From assembly GCA_965202585.1 (NCBI GenBank), contig OZ241831.1, positions 50,158,001 to 50,222,000 on the forward strand: a stretch of DNA of 64,000 bases, given 5' to 3'. Position 1 is the first letter of the stretch. The number at the start of each line of letters is the position of its first letter. This stretch comes from Thalia democratica. Lineage: Eukaryota. The notes under the pieces were generated by a model. That model saw only the letters and a list, made by a program, of their open reading frames with translations. It was not told the DNA's origin and ran no database searches. Shown piece by piece: positions 36,684 to 47,646 of the stretch. The position numbers and the translations under genes were made by a program.

Positions 36684-37805
36684 ATGCGCCAAGGTGGCCA
36701 AGTGCGCCAAGTCGCCAAGTCGCATTGTCTATTGATTTTATGTTGCTATAGAAATTCATTAGAACTCATAAGAAATCAATGCGTTTCGACACTGTTTCGA
36801 GGTCGTATGTTCATCGTTTTCATAAACGCCTCTTGTTTTCTTATCGAAGTAGCTATGCCGAAGCTAGTATATATACGCGTCAGTTCGGTTGGAAGTGTGA
36901 ATTTATGTGCAAAAAGTCCAGAGAAAGAGAGCTCATATATTCGAAAAGAAGAGAATTATGCAAATTTTCGGACACAATTTTTTAATGATTTTGAGTCTAC
37001 ACCTGAAAGAGTTAGTGAAATCGACTGCGCAGAAACGAGTTTCACCAAAGGGAGTTTCTTTGACAAAGCGGCGTCCGGATTGGTTGAAATAGAGCGGGAG
37101 TGGGGCAGACGACGGGCGTTCAAGAGGTACCTCGAGTCGCTGCTGATCCAGTGCGAGGAACTGAGCAACGTCAGAAAGCACCACGAAAAGTACATTGCCG
37201 AGCAGAAAAAGTTCAAGCAATTTTGCCACCATATGGCGCTGAAGGAAGAGCACAATCGAATGCAGAAAGTCGCTTGGGAGTGGGTTTACAGGAAGGAGGG
37301 GGGAGCCAAGCTGGAGAACGTGTTCATCGGGTACTTTTCGTTTTTTCGAAAAATTTTCTTCGTGCAGAGCAGCTTGAGAGAAGAAGAAAGGATCGCGCCA
37401 AATGGTTGTTCTGTGCAGATCAACAACGAGTTGGACGCGGCTTCGGAAGCGTTTAAAAAGTTCAGTTCGGACAACGAGTTCTTTTTGAACAACGCCGCAA
37501 TCAAGCCGAACTTTTTAGTGGACGAACTGCTAGGTTATGAGATAAACGCCGGCAACGTACGCAACTTTTTCAACCACCGTGTGGCGTACGTGAGCAACTA
37601 TTCACCCGACTACGAGTTCGACGTTCGAAACATGGTCCGTTTCGTCAACGGGGAGAGCGGAATGAAGTCCATGGTGCCTTAGGTGCAGCGGGTGAGCAGG
37701 AAGCTCACTGCAGGTAATAACTGCAAAATTTGCTTGAGTGAAGCAGAACGGGAGTTGAACTTGCTGAACAGCAAATACGACTTTGAAAACATTAAGTTGA
37801 ATTAA
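36684..37805 (+). pseudogene. Array unit 2, premature TAG (ORF 36684-37682, 332 aa)
   Basis: Carries the same GAG to TAG stop as the progenitor gene. Confidence 0.75.
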
Positions 37806-37902
37806 AACAATAACTTTCAAAGTTTTTTTTATTTAATTAATAACTAAATTTCATCAATGATAAGCTAAGTAAGTATTTAGATTTTTGCAATAAGAACTTA
37901 TC

Positions 37903-39014
37903 ATGCGCCAAGGTGGCCAAGTGCGCCAAGTCGCATTGTCTATTGATTTTATGTTGCTATAGAAATTCATTAGAACTCATAAGAAATCAATGCGTTTCGA
38001 CACTGTTTCGAGGTCGTATGTTCATCGTTTTCATAAACGCCTCTTGTTTTCTTATCGAAGTAGCTATGCCGAAGCTAGTATATATACGCGTCAGTTCGGT
38101 TGGAAGTGTGAATTTGTGTGCAAAATTCCACAGAAAGAGAGCTCATATATTCGAAAAGAAGAGAATTATGCAAATTTTCGGACACAATTTTTGAATGATT
38201 TTGAGTCTACACCTGAAAGAGTTAGTGAAATCGACTGCGCAGAAACGAGTTTCACCGAAGGGAGTTTCTTCGACAAAGCGGCGTCCGGATTGGTTGAAAT
38301 AGAGCGGGAGTGGGGCAGGCAACGGGCGTTCAAGAGGTACCTCGAGTCGCTGCTGATCCAGTGCGAGAAACTGAACAACGTCAGAAAGCACCACGAAAAG
38401 TACATCGCCGAGCAAAAGAATTTCAAGCAACTTTGCCGCGGCGTGGCGCTGAAGGAAGAGCACAATCGAATGCAGAAAGTCGCTTGGGAGTGGGTTTACA
38501 GGAAGGAGGGGAAGCCAAGCTGGAGAACGTGTTCATCGGGTACTTTTCGTTTTTTCGAAAAATTTTCTTCGTGCTGAGCAGCTTGAGAGAAGAAGACAGG
38601 ATCGCGCCAAATGGTTATTCTGTGAAGATCAACAACGAGTTAGACGCGGCTTCGGAAGCGTTTAAAAAGTTCAGTTCGGACAACGAGTTCTTTTTAAACA
38701 ACGCCGCCATCAAGCCGAACTTTTTAGTGGACGAACTGCTAGGTTATGAGATAAACGCCGGCAACGTACGCAACTTTTTCAACCACCGTGTGGCGAACGT
38801 GAGCAACTATTCGCCCGACTACGAGTTCGACGTTCGAAACATGGTCCGTTTCGTCAACGGGGAGAGCGGAATGAAGTCCATGGTGCCTGAGGTTCAGCGG
38901 GTGAGCAGGAAGATCGCTGCAGGTAACAACTGCAAAATTTGCTTGAGTGAAGCAGAACGAGAGTTGAATTTGCTGAACAACAAATATGATTTTGAAAACA
39001 TTAAGTTGAATTAA
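37903..39014 (+). pseudogene. Array unit 3, frameshifted (1,209-bp type)
   Basis: Duplicate of unit 1. Confidence 0.75.
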
Positions 39015-39111
39015 AACAATAACTTTCAAAGTTTTTTTTATTTAATTAATAACTAAATTTCATCAATGATAAGCTAAGTAAGTATTTAGATTTTTGCAAT
39101 AAGAACTTATC

Positions 39112-40233
39112 ATGCGCCAAGGTGGCCAAGTGCGCCAAGTCGCCAAGTCGCATTGTCTATTGATTTTATGTTGCTATAGAAATTCATTAGAACTCATAAG
39201 AAATCAATGCGTTTCGACACTGTTTCGAGGTCGTATGTTCATCGTTTTCATAAACGCCTCTTGTTTTCTTATCGAAGTAGCTATGCCGAAGCTAGTATAT
39301 ATACGCGTCAGTTCGGTTGGAAGTGTGAATTTATGTGCAAAAAGTCCAGAGAAAGAGAGCTCATATATTCGAAAAGAAGAGAATTATGCAAATTTTCGGA
39401 CACAATTTTTTAATGATTTTGAGTCTACACCTGAAAGAGTTAGTGAAATCGACTGCGCAGAAACGAGTTTCACCAAAGGGAGTTTCTTTGACAAAGCGGC
39501 GTCCGGATTGGTTGAAATAGAGCGGGAGTGGGGCAGACGACGGGCGTTCAAGAGGTACCTCGAGTCGCTGCTGATCCAGTGCGAGGAACTGAGCAACGTC
39601 AGAAAGCACCACGAAAAGTACATTGCCGAGCAGAAAAAGTTCAAGCAATTTTGCCACCATATGGCGCTGAAGGAAGAGCACAATCGAATGCAGAAAGTCG
39701 CTTGGGAGTGGGTTTACAGGAAGGAGGGGGGAGCCAAGCTGGAGAACGTGTTCATCGGGTACTTTTCGTTTTTTCGAAAAATTTTCTTCGTGCAGAGCAG
39801 CTTGAGAGAAGAAGAAAGGATCGCGCCAAATGGTTGTTCTGTGCAGATCAACAACGAGTTGGACGCGGCTTCGGAAGCGTTTAAAAAGTTCAGTTCGGAC
39901 AACGAGTTCTTTTTAAACAACGCCGCCATCAAGCCGAACTTTTTAGTGGACGAACTGCTGGGTTATGAGATAAACGCCGGCAACGTACGCAACTTTTTCA
40001 ACCACCGTGTGGCGTACGTGAGCAACTATTCACCCGACTACGAGTTCGACGTTCGAAACATGGTCCGTTTCGTCAACGGGGAGAGCAGAATGAAGTCCAT
40101 GGTGCCTGAGGTGCAGCGGGTGAGCAGGAAGCTCGCTGCAGGTAACAACTGCAAAATTTGCTTGAGTGAAGCAGAACGAGAGTTGAATTTGCTGAACAAC
40201 AAATACGACTTTAAAAACATTAAGTTGAATTAA
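39112..40233 (+). CDS. Array unit 4, intact 373-aa orphan ORF (true start may be Met58)
   Basis: ATG-to-TAA open frame; codons 114-373 homologous to the progenitor gene. Confidence 0.6.
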   Translation: MRQGGQVRQVAKSHCLLILCCYRNSLELIRNQCVSTLFRGRMFIVFINASCFLIEVAMPKLVYIRVSSVGSVNLCAKSPEKESSYIRKEENYANFRTQFFNDFESTPERVSEIDCAETSFTKGSFFDKAASGLVEIEREWGRRRAFKRYLESLLIQCEELSNVRKHHEKYIAEQKKFKQFCHHMALKEEHNRMQKVAWEWVYRKEGGAKLENVFIGYFSFFRKIFFVQSSLREEERIAPNGCSVQINNELDAASEAFKKFSSDNEFFLNNAAIKPNFLVDELLGYEINAGNVRNFFNHRVAYVSNYSPDYEFDVRNMVRFVNGESRMKSMVPEVQRVSRKLAAGNNCKICLSEAERELNLLNNKYDFKNIKLN

Positions 40234-40330
40234 AGCAATAACTTTCAAAGTTTTTTTTATTTAATTAATAACTAAATTTCATCAATGATAAGCTAAGTAA
40301 GTATTTAGATTTTTGCAATAAGAACTTATC

Positions 40331-41452
40331 ATGCGCCAAGGTGGCCAAGTGCGCCAAGTCGCCAAGTCGCATTGTCTATTGATTTTATGTTGCTATAGAA
40401 ATTCATTAGAACTCATAAGAAATCAATGCGTTTCGACACTGTTTCGAGGTCGTATGTTCATCGTTTTCATAAACGCCTCTTGTTTTCTTATCGAAGTAGC
40501 TATGCCGAAGCTCGTATATATACGCGTCAGTTCGGTTGGAAGTGTGAATTTGTGTGCAAAAAGTCCAGAGAAAGAGAGCTCATATATTCGAAAAGAAGAG
40601 AATTATGCAAATTTTCGGACACAATTTTTTAATGATTTTGAGTCTACACCTGAAAGAGTTAGTGAAATCGACTTGGTTGAAACGAGTTTCACCAAAGGGA
40701 GTTTCTTCGACAAAGCGGCGTCCGGATTGGTTGAAATAGAGCGGGAGTGGGGCAGGCAACGGGCGTTCAAGAGGTACCTCGAGTCGCTGCTGGTGCAGTG
40801 CGAGAAACTGAACAACGTCAGAAAGCACCACGAAAAGTACATCGCCGAGCAGAAGAATTTCAAGCAGTTTTGCCGCGGCGTGGCGCTGAAGGAAGAACAC
40901 AATCGAATGCAGAAAGTCGCTTGGGAGTGGGTTTGCAGGAAGGAGGGGGAAGCCAAGCTGGAGAACGTGTTCATCGGGTACTTTTCGTTTTTTCGAAAAA
41001 TTTTCTTCGTGCTGAGCAGCTTGAGAGAAGAAGACAGGATCGCGCCAAATGGTTATTCTGTGAAGATCAACAACGAGTTAGACGCGGCTTCGGAAGCGTT
41101 TAAAAAGTTCAGTTCGGACAACGAGTTCTTTTTAAACAACGCCGCCATCAAGCCGAACTTTTTAGTGGACGAACTGCTAGGTTATGAGATAAACGCCGGC
41201 AACGTACGCAACTTTTTCAACCACCGTGTGGCGAACGTGAGCAACTATTCGCCCGACTACGAGTTCGACGTTCGAAACATGGTCCGTTTCGTCAACGGGG
41301 AGAGCGGAATGAAGTCCATGGTGCCTGAGGTTCAGCGGGTGAGCAGGAAGATCGCTGCAGGTAACAACTGCAAAATTTGCTTGAGTGAAGCAGAACGAGA
41401 GTTGAATTTGCTGAACAACAAATATGATTTTGAAAACATTAAGTTGAATTAA
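40331..41452 (+). CDS. Array unit 5, intact 373-aa orphan ORF
   Basis: Open frame; IDLVET variant. Confidence 0.6.
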   Translation: MRQGGQVRQVAKSHCLLILCCYRNSLELIRNQCVSTLFRGRMFIVFINASCFLIEVAMPKLVYIRVSSVGSVNLCAKSPEKESSYIRKEENYANFRTQFFNDFESTPERVSEIDLVETSFTKGSFFDKAASGLVEIEREWGRQRAFKRYLESLLVQCEKLNNVRKHHEKYIAEQKNFKQFCRGVALKEEHNRMQKVAWEWVCRKEGEAKLENVFIGYFSFFRKIFFVLSSLREEDRIAPNGYSVKINNELDAASEAFKKFSSDNEFFLNNAAIKPNFLVDELLGYEINAGNVRNFFNHRVANVSNYSPDYEFDVRNMVRFVNGESGMKSMVPEVQRVSRKIAAGNNCKICLSEAERELNLLNNKYDFENIKLN

Positions 41453-41549
41453 AACAATAACTTTCAAAGTTTTTTTTATTTAATTAATAACTAAATTTCA
41501 TCAATGATAAGCTAAGTAAGTATTTAGATTTTTGCAATAAGAACTTATC

Positions 41550-42671
41550 ATGCGCCAAGGTGGCCAAGTGCGCCAAGTCGCCAAGTCGCATTGTCTATTG
41601 ATTTTATGTTGCTATAGAAATTCATTAGAACTCATAAGAAATCAATGCGTTTCGACACTGTTTCGAGGTCGTATGTTCATCGTTTTCATAAACGCCTCTT
41701 GTTTTCTTATCGAAGTAGCTATGCCGAAGCTAGTATATATACGCGTCAGTTCGGTTGGAAGTGTGAATTTATGTGCAAAAAGTCCAGAGAAAGAGAGCTC
41801 ATATATTCGAAAAGAAGAGAATTATGCAAATTTTCGGACACAATTTTTTAATGATTTTGAGTCTACACCTGAAAGAGTTAGTGAAATCGACTGCGCAGAA
41901 ACGAGTTTCACCAAAGGGAGTTTCTTTGACAAAGCGGCGTCCGGATTGGTTGAAATAGAGCGGGAGTGGGGCAGACGACGGGCGTTCAAGAGGTACCTCG
42001 AGTCGCTGCTGATCCAGTGCGAGGAACTGAGCAACGTCAGAAAGCACCACGAAAAGTACATTGCCGAGCAGAAAAAGTTCAAGCAATTTTGCCACCATAT
42101 GGCGCTGAAGGAAGAGCACAATCGAATGCAGAAAGTCGCTTGGGAGTGGGTTTACAGGAAGGAGGGGGGAGCCAAGCTGGAGAACGTGTTCATCGGGTAT
42201 TTTTCGTTTTTCCGAAAAATTTTCTTCGTGCAGAGCAGCTTGAGAGAAGAAGAAAGGATCGCGCCAAATGGTTGTTCTGTGAAGATCAACAACGAGTTGG
42301 ACGCGGCTTCGGAAGCGTTTAAAAAGTTCAGTTCGGACAACGAGTTCTTTTTAAACAACGCCGCCATCAAGCCGAACTTTTTAGTGGACGAACTGCTGGG
42401 TTATGAGATAAACGCCGGCAACGTACGCAACTTTTTCAACCACCGTGTGGCGTACGTGAGCAACTATTCACCCGACTACGAGTTCGACGTTCGAAACATG
42501 GTCCGTTTCGTCAACGGGGAGAGCAGAATGAAGTCCATGGTGCCTGAGGTGCAGCGGGTGAGCAGGAAGCTCGCTGCAGGTAACAACTGCAAAATTTGCT
42601 TGAGTGAAGCAGAACGAGAGTTGAATTTGCTGAACAACAAATACGACTTTAAAAACATTAAGTTGAATTAA
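41550..42671 (+). CDS. Array unit 6, intact 373-aa orphan ORF
   Basis: Open frame; near-copy of unit 4. Confidence 0.6.
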   Translation: MRQGGQVRQVAKSHCLLILCCYRNSLELIRNQCVSTLFRGRMFIVFINASCFLIEVAMPKLVYIRVSSVGSVNLCAKSPEKESSYIRKEENYANFRTQFFNDFESTPERVSEIDCAETSFTKGSFFDKAASGLVEIEREWGRRRAFKRYLESLLIQCEELSNVRKHHEKYIAEQKKFKQFCHHMALKEEHNRMQKVAWEWVYRKEGGAKLENVFIGYFSFFRKIFFVQSSLREEERIAPNGCSVKINNELDAASEAFKKFSSDNEFFLNNAAIKPNFLVDELLGYEINAGNVRNFFNHRVAYVSNYSPDYEFDVRNMVRFVNGESRMKSMVPEVQRVSRKLAAGNNCKICLSEAERELNLLNNKYDFKNIKLN

Positions 42672-42768
42672 AGCAATAACTTTCAAAGTTTTTTTTATTT
42701 AATTAATAACTAAATTTCATCAATGATAAGCTAAGTAAGTATTTAGATTTTTGCAATAAGAACTTATC

Positions 42769-43890
42769 ATGCGCCAAGGTGGCCAAGTGCGCCAAGTCGC
42801 CAAGTCGCATTGTCTATTGATTTTATGTTGCTATAGAAATTCATTAGAACTCATAAGAAATCAATGCGTTTCGACACTGTTTCGAGGTCGTATGTTCATC
42901 GTTTTCATAAACGCCTCTTGTTTTCTTATCGAAGTAGCTATGCCGAAGCTCGTATATATACGCGTCAGTTCGGTTGGAAGTGTGAATTTGTGTGCAAAAA
43001 GTCCAGAGAAAGAGAGCTCATATATTCGAAAAGAAGAGAATTATGCAAATTTTCGGACACAATTTTTTAATGATTTTGAGTCTACACCTGAAAGAGTTAG
43101 TGAAATCGACTTGGTTGAAACGAGTTTCACCAAAGGGAGTTTCTTCGACAAAGCGGCGTCCGGATTGGTTGAAATAGAGCGGGAGTGGGGCAGGCAACGG
43201 GCGTTCAAGAGGTACCTCGAGTCGCTGCTGGTGCAGTGCGAGAAACTGAACAACGTCAGAAAGCACCACGAAAAGTACATCGCCGAGCAGAAGAATTTCA
43301 AGCAGTTTTGCCGCGGCGTGGCGCTGAAGGAAGAACACAATCGAATGCAGAAAGTCGCTTGGGAGTGGGTTTGCAGGAAGGAGGGGGAAGCCAAGCTGGA
43401 GAACGTGTTCATCGGGTACTTTTCGTTTTTTCGAAAAATTTTCTTCGTGCTGAGCAGCTTGAGAGAAGAAGACAGGATCGCGCCAAATGGTTATTCTGTG
43501 AAGATCAACAACGAGTTAGACGCGGCTTCGGAAGCGTTTAAAAAGTTCAGTTCGGACAACGAGTTCTTTTTGAACAACGCCGCCATCAAGCCGAACTTTT
43601 TAGTTGACGAGCTGCTTGGTTATGAGATAAACGCCGGCAACGTACGCAACTTTTTCAACCACCGTGTGGCGAATGTGAGCAACTATTCACCCGACTACGA
43701 GTTCGACGTTCGAAACATGGCCCGTTTCGTCAACGGGGAGAGCGGAATGAAGTCCATGGTGCCTGAGGTGCAGCGGGTGAGCAGGAAGCTCGCTGCAGGT
43801 AACAACTGCAAAATTTGCTTGAGTGAAGCAGAACGAGAGTTGAATTTGCTGAACAGCAAATACGACTTTGAAAACATTAAGTTGAATTAA
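42769..43890 (+). CDS. Array unit 7, intact 373-aa orphan ORF
   Basis: Open frame. Confidence 0.6.
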   Translation: MRQGGQVRQVAKSHCLLILCCYRNSLELIRNQCVSTLFRGRMFIVFINASCFLIEVAMPKLVYIRVSSVGSVNLCAKSPEKESSYIRKEENYANFRTQFFNDFESTPERVSEIDLVETSFTKGSFFDKAASGLVEIEREWGRQRAFKRYLESLLVQCEKLNNVRKHHEKYIAEQKNFKQFCRGVALKEEHNRMQKVAWEWVCRKEGEAKLENVFIGYFSFFRKIFFVLSSLREEDRIAPNGYSVKINNELDAASEAFKKFSSDNEFFLNNAAIKPNFLVDELLGYEINAGNVRNFFNHRVANVSNYSPDYEFDVRNMARFVNGESGMKSMVPEVQRVSRKLAAGNNCKICLSEAERELNLLNSKYDFENIKLN

Positions 43891-43988
43891 AACAATAACT
43901 TTCAAAGTTTTTTTTTATTTAATTAATAACTAAATTTCATCAATGATAAACAAAGTAAGTATTTAGATTTTTGCAATAAGAACTTATC

Positions 43989-45110
43989 ATGCGCCAAGGT
44001 GGCCAAGTGCGCCAAGTCGCCAAGTCGCATTGTCTATTGATTTTATGTTGCTATAGAAATTCATTAGAACTCATAAGAAATCAATGCGTTTCGACACTGT
44101 TTCGAGGTCGTATGTTCATCGTTTTCATAAACGCCTCTTGTTTTCTTATCGAAGTAGCTATGCCGAAGCTCGTATATATACGCGTCAGTTCGGTTGGAAG
44201 TGTGAATTTGTGTGCAAAAAGTCCAGAGAAAGAGAGCTCATATATTCGAAAAGAAGAGAATTATGCAAATTTTCGGACACAATTTTTTAATGATTTTGAG
44301 TCTACACCTGAAAGAGTTAGTGAAATCGACTTGGTTGAAACGAGTTTCACCAAAGGGAGTTTCTTCGACAAAGCGGCGTCCGGATTGGTTGAAATAGAGC
44401 GGGAGTGGGGCAGGCAACGGGCGTTCAAGAGGTACCTCGAGTCGCTGCTGGTGCAGTGCGAGAAACTGAACAACGTCAGAAAGCACCACGAAAAGTACAT
44501 CGCCGAGCAGAAGAATTTCAAGCAGTTTTGCCGCGGCGTGGCGCTGAAGGAAGAACACAATCGAATGCAGAAAGTCGCTTGGGAGTGGGTTTGCAGGAAG
44601 GAGGGGGAAGCCAAGCTGGAGAACGTGTTCATCGGGTACTTTTCGTTTTTTCGAAAAATTTTCTTCGTGCTGAGCAGCTTGAGAGAAGAAGACAGGATCG
44701 CGCCAAATGGTTATTCTGTGAAGATCAACAACGAGTTAGACGCGGCTTCGGAAGCGTTTAAAAAGTTCAGTTCGGACAACGAGTTCTTTTTGAACAACGC
44801 CGCCATCAAGCCGAACTTTTTAGTTGACGAGCTGCTTGGTTATGAGATAAACGCCGGCAACGTACGCAACTTTTTCAACCACCGTGTGGCGAATGTGAGC
44901 AACTATTCACCCGACTACGAGTTCGACGTTCGAAACATGGCCCGTTTCGTCAACGGGGAGAGCGGAATGAAGTCCATGGTGCCTGAGGTGCAGCGGGTGA
45001 GCAGGAAGCTCGCTGCAGGTAACAACTGCAAAATTTGCTTGAGTGAAGCAGAACGAGAGTTGAATTTGCTGAACAGCAAATACGACTTTGAAAACATTAA
45101 GTTGAATTAA
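43989..45110 (+). CDS. Array unit 8, intact 373-aa orphan ORF
   Basis: Open frame; same protein as unit 7. Confidence 0.6.
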   Translation: MRQGGQVRQVAKSHCLLILCCYRNSLELIRNQCVSTLFRGRMFIVFINASCFLIEVAMPKLVYIRVSSVGSVNLCAKSPEKESSYIRKEENYANFRTQFFNDFESTPERVSEIDLVETSFTKGSFFDKAASGLVEIEREWGRQRAFKRYLESLLVQCEKLNNVRKHHEKYIAEQKNFKQFCRGVALKEEHNRMQKVAWEWVCRKEGEAKLENVFIGYFSFFRKIFFVLSSLREEDRIAPNGYSVKINNELDAASEAFKKFSSDNEFFLNNAAIKPNFLVDELLGYEINAGNVRNFFNHRVANVSNYSPDYEFDVRNMARFVNGESGMKSMVPEVQRVSRKLAAGNNCKICLSEAERELNLLNSKYDFENIKLN

Positions 45111-45208
45111 AACAATAACTTTCAAAGTTTTTTTTTATTTAATTAATAACTAAATTTCATCAATGATAAACAAAGTAAGTATTTAGATTTTTGCAATAAG
45201 AACTTATC

Positions 45209-46330
45209 ATGCGCCAAGGTGGCCAAGTGCGCCAAGTCGCCAAGTCGCATTGTCTATTGATTTTATGTTGCTATAGAAATTCATTAGAACTCATAAGAAA
45301 TCAATGCGTTTCGACACTGTTTCGAGGTCGTATGTTCATCGTTTTCATAAACGCCTCTTGTTTTCTTATCGAAGTAGCTATGCCGAAGCTCGTATATATA
45401 CGCGTCAGTTCGGTTGGAAGTGTGAATTTGTGTGCAAAAAGTCCAGAGAAAGAGAGCTCATATATTCGAAAAGAAGAGAATTATGCAAATTTTCGGACAC
45501 AATTTTTTAATGATTTTGAGTCTACACCTGAAAGAGTTAGTGAAATCGACTTGGTTGAAACGAGTTTCACCAAAGGGAGTTTCTTCGACAAAGCGGCGTC
45601 CGGATTGGTTGAAATAGAGCGGGAGTGGGGCAGGCAACGGGCGTTCAAGAGGTACCTCGAGTCGCTGCTGGTGCAGTGCGAGAAACTGAACAACGTCAGA
45701 AAGCACCACGAAAAGTACATCGCCGAGCAGAAGAATTTCAAGCAGTTTTGCCGCGGCGTGGCGCTGAAGGAAGAACACAATCGAATGCAGAAAGTCGCTT
45801 GGGAGTGGGTTTGCAGGAAGGAGGGGGAAGCCAAGCTGGAGAACGTGTTCATCGGGTACTTTTCGTTTTTTCGAAAAATTTTCTTCGTGCTGAGCAGCTT
45901 GAGAGAAGAAGACAGGATCGCGCCAAATGGTTATTCTGTGAAGATCAACAACGAGTTAGACGCGGCTTCGGAAGCGTTTAAAAAGTTCAGTTCGGACAAC
46001 GAGTTCTTTTTGAACAACGCCGCCATCAAGCCGAACTTTTTAGTTGACGAGCTGCTTGGTTATGAGATAAACGCCGGCAACGTACGCAACTTTTTCAACC
46101 ACCGTGTGGCGAATGTGAGCAACTATTCACCCGACTACGAGTTCGACGTTCGAAACATGGCCCGTTTCGTCAACGGGGAGAGCGGAATGAAGTCCATGGT
46201 GCCTGAGGTGCAGCGGGTGAGCAGGAAGCTCGCTGCAGGTAACAACTGCAAAATTTGCTTGAGTGAAGCAGAACGAGAGTTGAATTTGCTGAACAGCAAA
46301 TACGACTTTGAAAACATTAAGTTGAATTAA
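45209..46330 (+). CDS. Array unit 9, intact 373-aa orphan ORF
   Basis: Open frame; same protein as unit 7. Confidence 0.6.
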   Translation: MRQGGQVRQVAKSHCLLILCCYRNSLELIRNQCVSTLFRGRMFIVFINASCFLIEVAMPKLVYIRVSSVGSVNLCAKSPEKESSYIRKEENYANFRTQFFNDFESTPERVSEIDLVETSFTKGSFFDKAASGLVEIEREWGRQRAFKRYLESLLVQCEKLNNVRKHHEKYIAEQKNFKQFCRGVALKEEHNRMQKVAWEWVCRKEGEAKLENVFIGYFSFFRKIFFVLSSLREEDRIAPNGYSVKINNELDAASEAFKKFSSDNEFFLNNAAIKPNFLVDELLGYEINAGNVRNFFNHRVANVSNYSPDYEFDVRNMARFVNGESGMKSMVPEVQRVSRKLAAGNNCKICLSEAERELNLLNSKYDFENIKLN

Positions 46331-46428
46331 AACAATAACTTTCAAAGTTTTTTTTTATTTAATTAATAACTAAATTTCATCAATGATAAACAAAGTAAGT
46401 ATTTAGATTTTTGCAATAAGAACTTATC

Positions 46429-47549
46429 ATGCGCCAAGGTGGCCAAGTGCGCCAAGTCGCCAAGTCGCATTGTCTATTGATTTTATGTTGCTATAGAAAT
46501 TCATTAGAACTCATAAGAAATCAATGCGTTTCGACACTGTTTCGAGGTCGTATGTTCATCGTTTTCATAAACGCCTCTTGTTTTCTTATCGAAGTAGCTA
46601 TGCCGAAGCTAGTATATATACGCGTCAGTTCGGTTGGAAGTGTGAATTTGTGTGCAAAAAGTCCAGAGAAAGAGAGCTCATATATTCGAAAAGAAGAGAA
46701 TTATGCAAATTTTCGGACACAATTTTTGAATGATTTTGAGTCTACACCTGAAAGAGTTAGTGAAATCGACTGCGCAGAAACGAGTTTCACCGAAGGGAGT
46801 TTCTTCGACAAAGCGGCGTCCGGATTGGTTGAAATAGAGCGGGAGTGGGGCAGGCAACGGGCGTTCAAGAGGTACCTCGAGTCGCTGCTGATCCAGTGCG
46901 AGAAACTGAACAACGTCAGAAAGCACCACGAAAAGTACATCGCCGAGCAAAAGAATTTCAAGCAACTTTGCCGCGGCGTGGCGCTGAAGGAAGAGCACAA
47001 TCGAATGCAGAAAGTCGCTTGGGAGTGGGTTTACAGGAAGGAGGGGAAGCCAAGCTGGAGAACGTGTTCATCGGGTACTTTTCGTTTTTTCGAAAAATTT
47101 TCTTCGTGCAGAGCAGCTTGAGAGAAGAAGACAGGATCGCGCCCAATGGTTATTCTGTGCAGATCAACAACGAGTTAGACGCGGCTTCGGAAGCGTTCAA
47201 AAAGTTCAGTTCGGACAACGAGTTCTTTTTGAACGACGCCGCCATCAAGCCGAACTTTTTAGTGGACGAACTGCTGGGTTATGAGATAAACGCCGGCAAC
47301 GTACGCAACTTTTTCAACCACCGTGTGGCGAACGTGAGCAACTATTCACCCGACTACGAGTTCGACGTTCGAAACATGGTCCGTTTCGTCAACGGGGAGA
47401 GCAGAATGAAGTCCATGGTGCCTGAGGTGCAGCGGGTGAGCAGGAAGGTCGCTGCAGGTAGCCACTGCAAAATTTGCTTGAGTGAAGCAGAACGAGAGTT
47501 GAATTTGCTGAACAACAAATATGATTTTGAAAACATTAAGTTGAATTAA
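46429..47549 (+). pseudogene. Array unit 10, -1 frameshift in the G-run
   Basis: GAGGGGAAG instead of GAGGGGGAAG; split ORFs 46429-47121 and 46845-47549. Confidence 0.7.
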
Positions 47550-47646
47550 AACAATAACTTTCAAAGTTTTTTTTATTTAATTAATAACTAAATTTCATCA
47601 ATGATAAGCTAAGTAAGTATTTAGATTTTTGCAATAAGAACTTATC

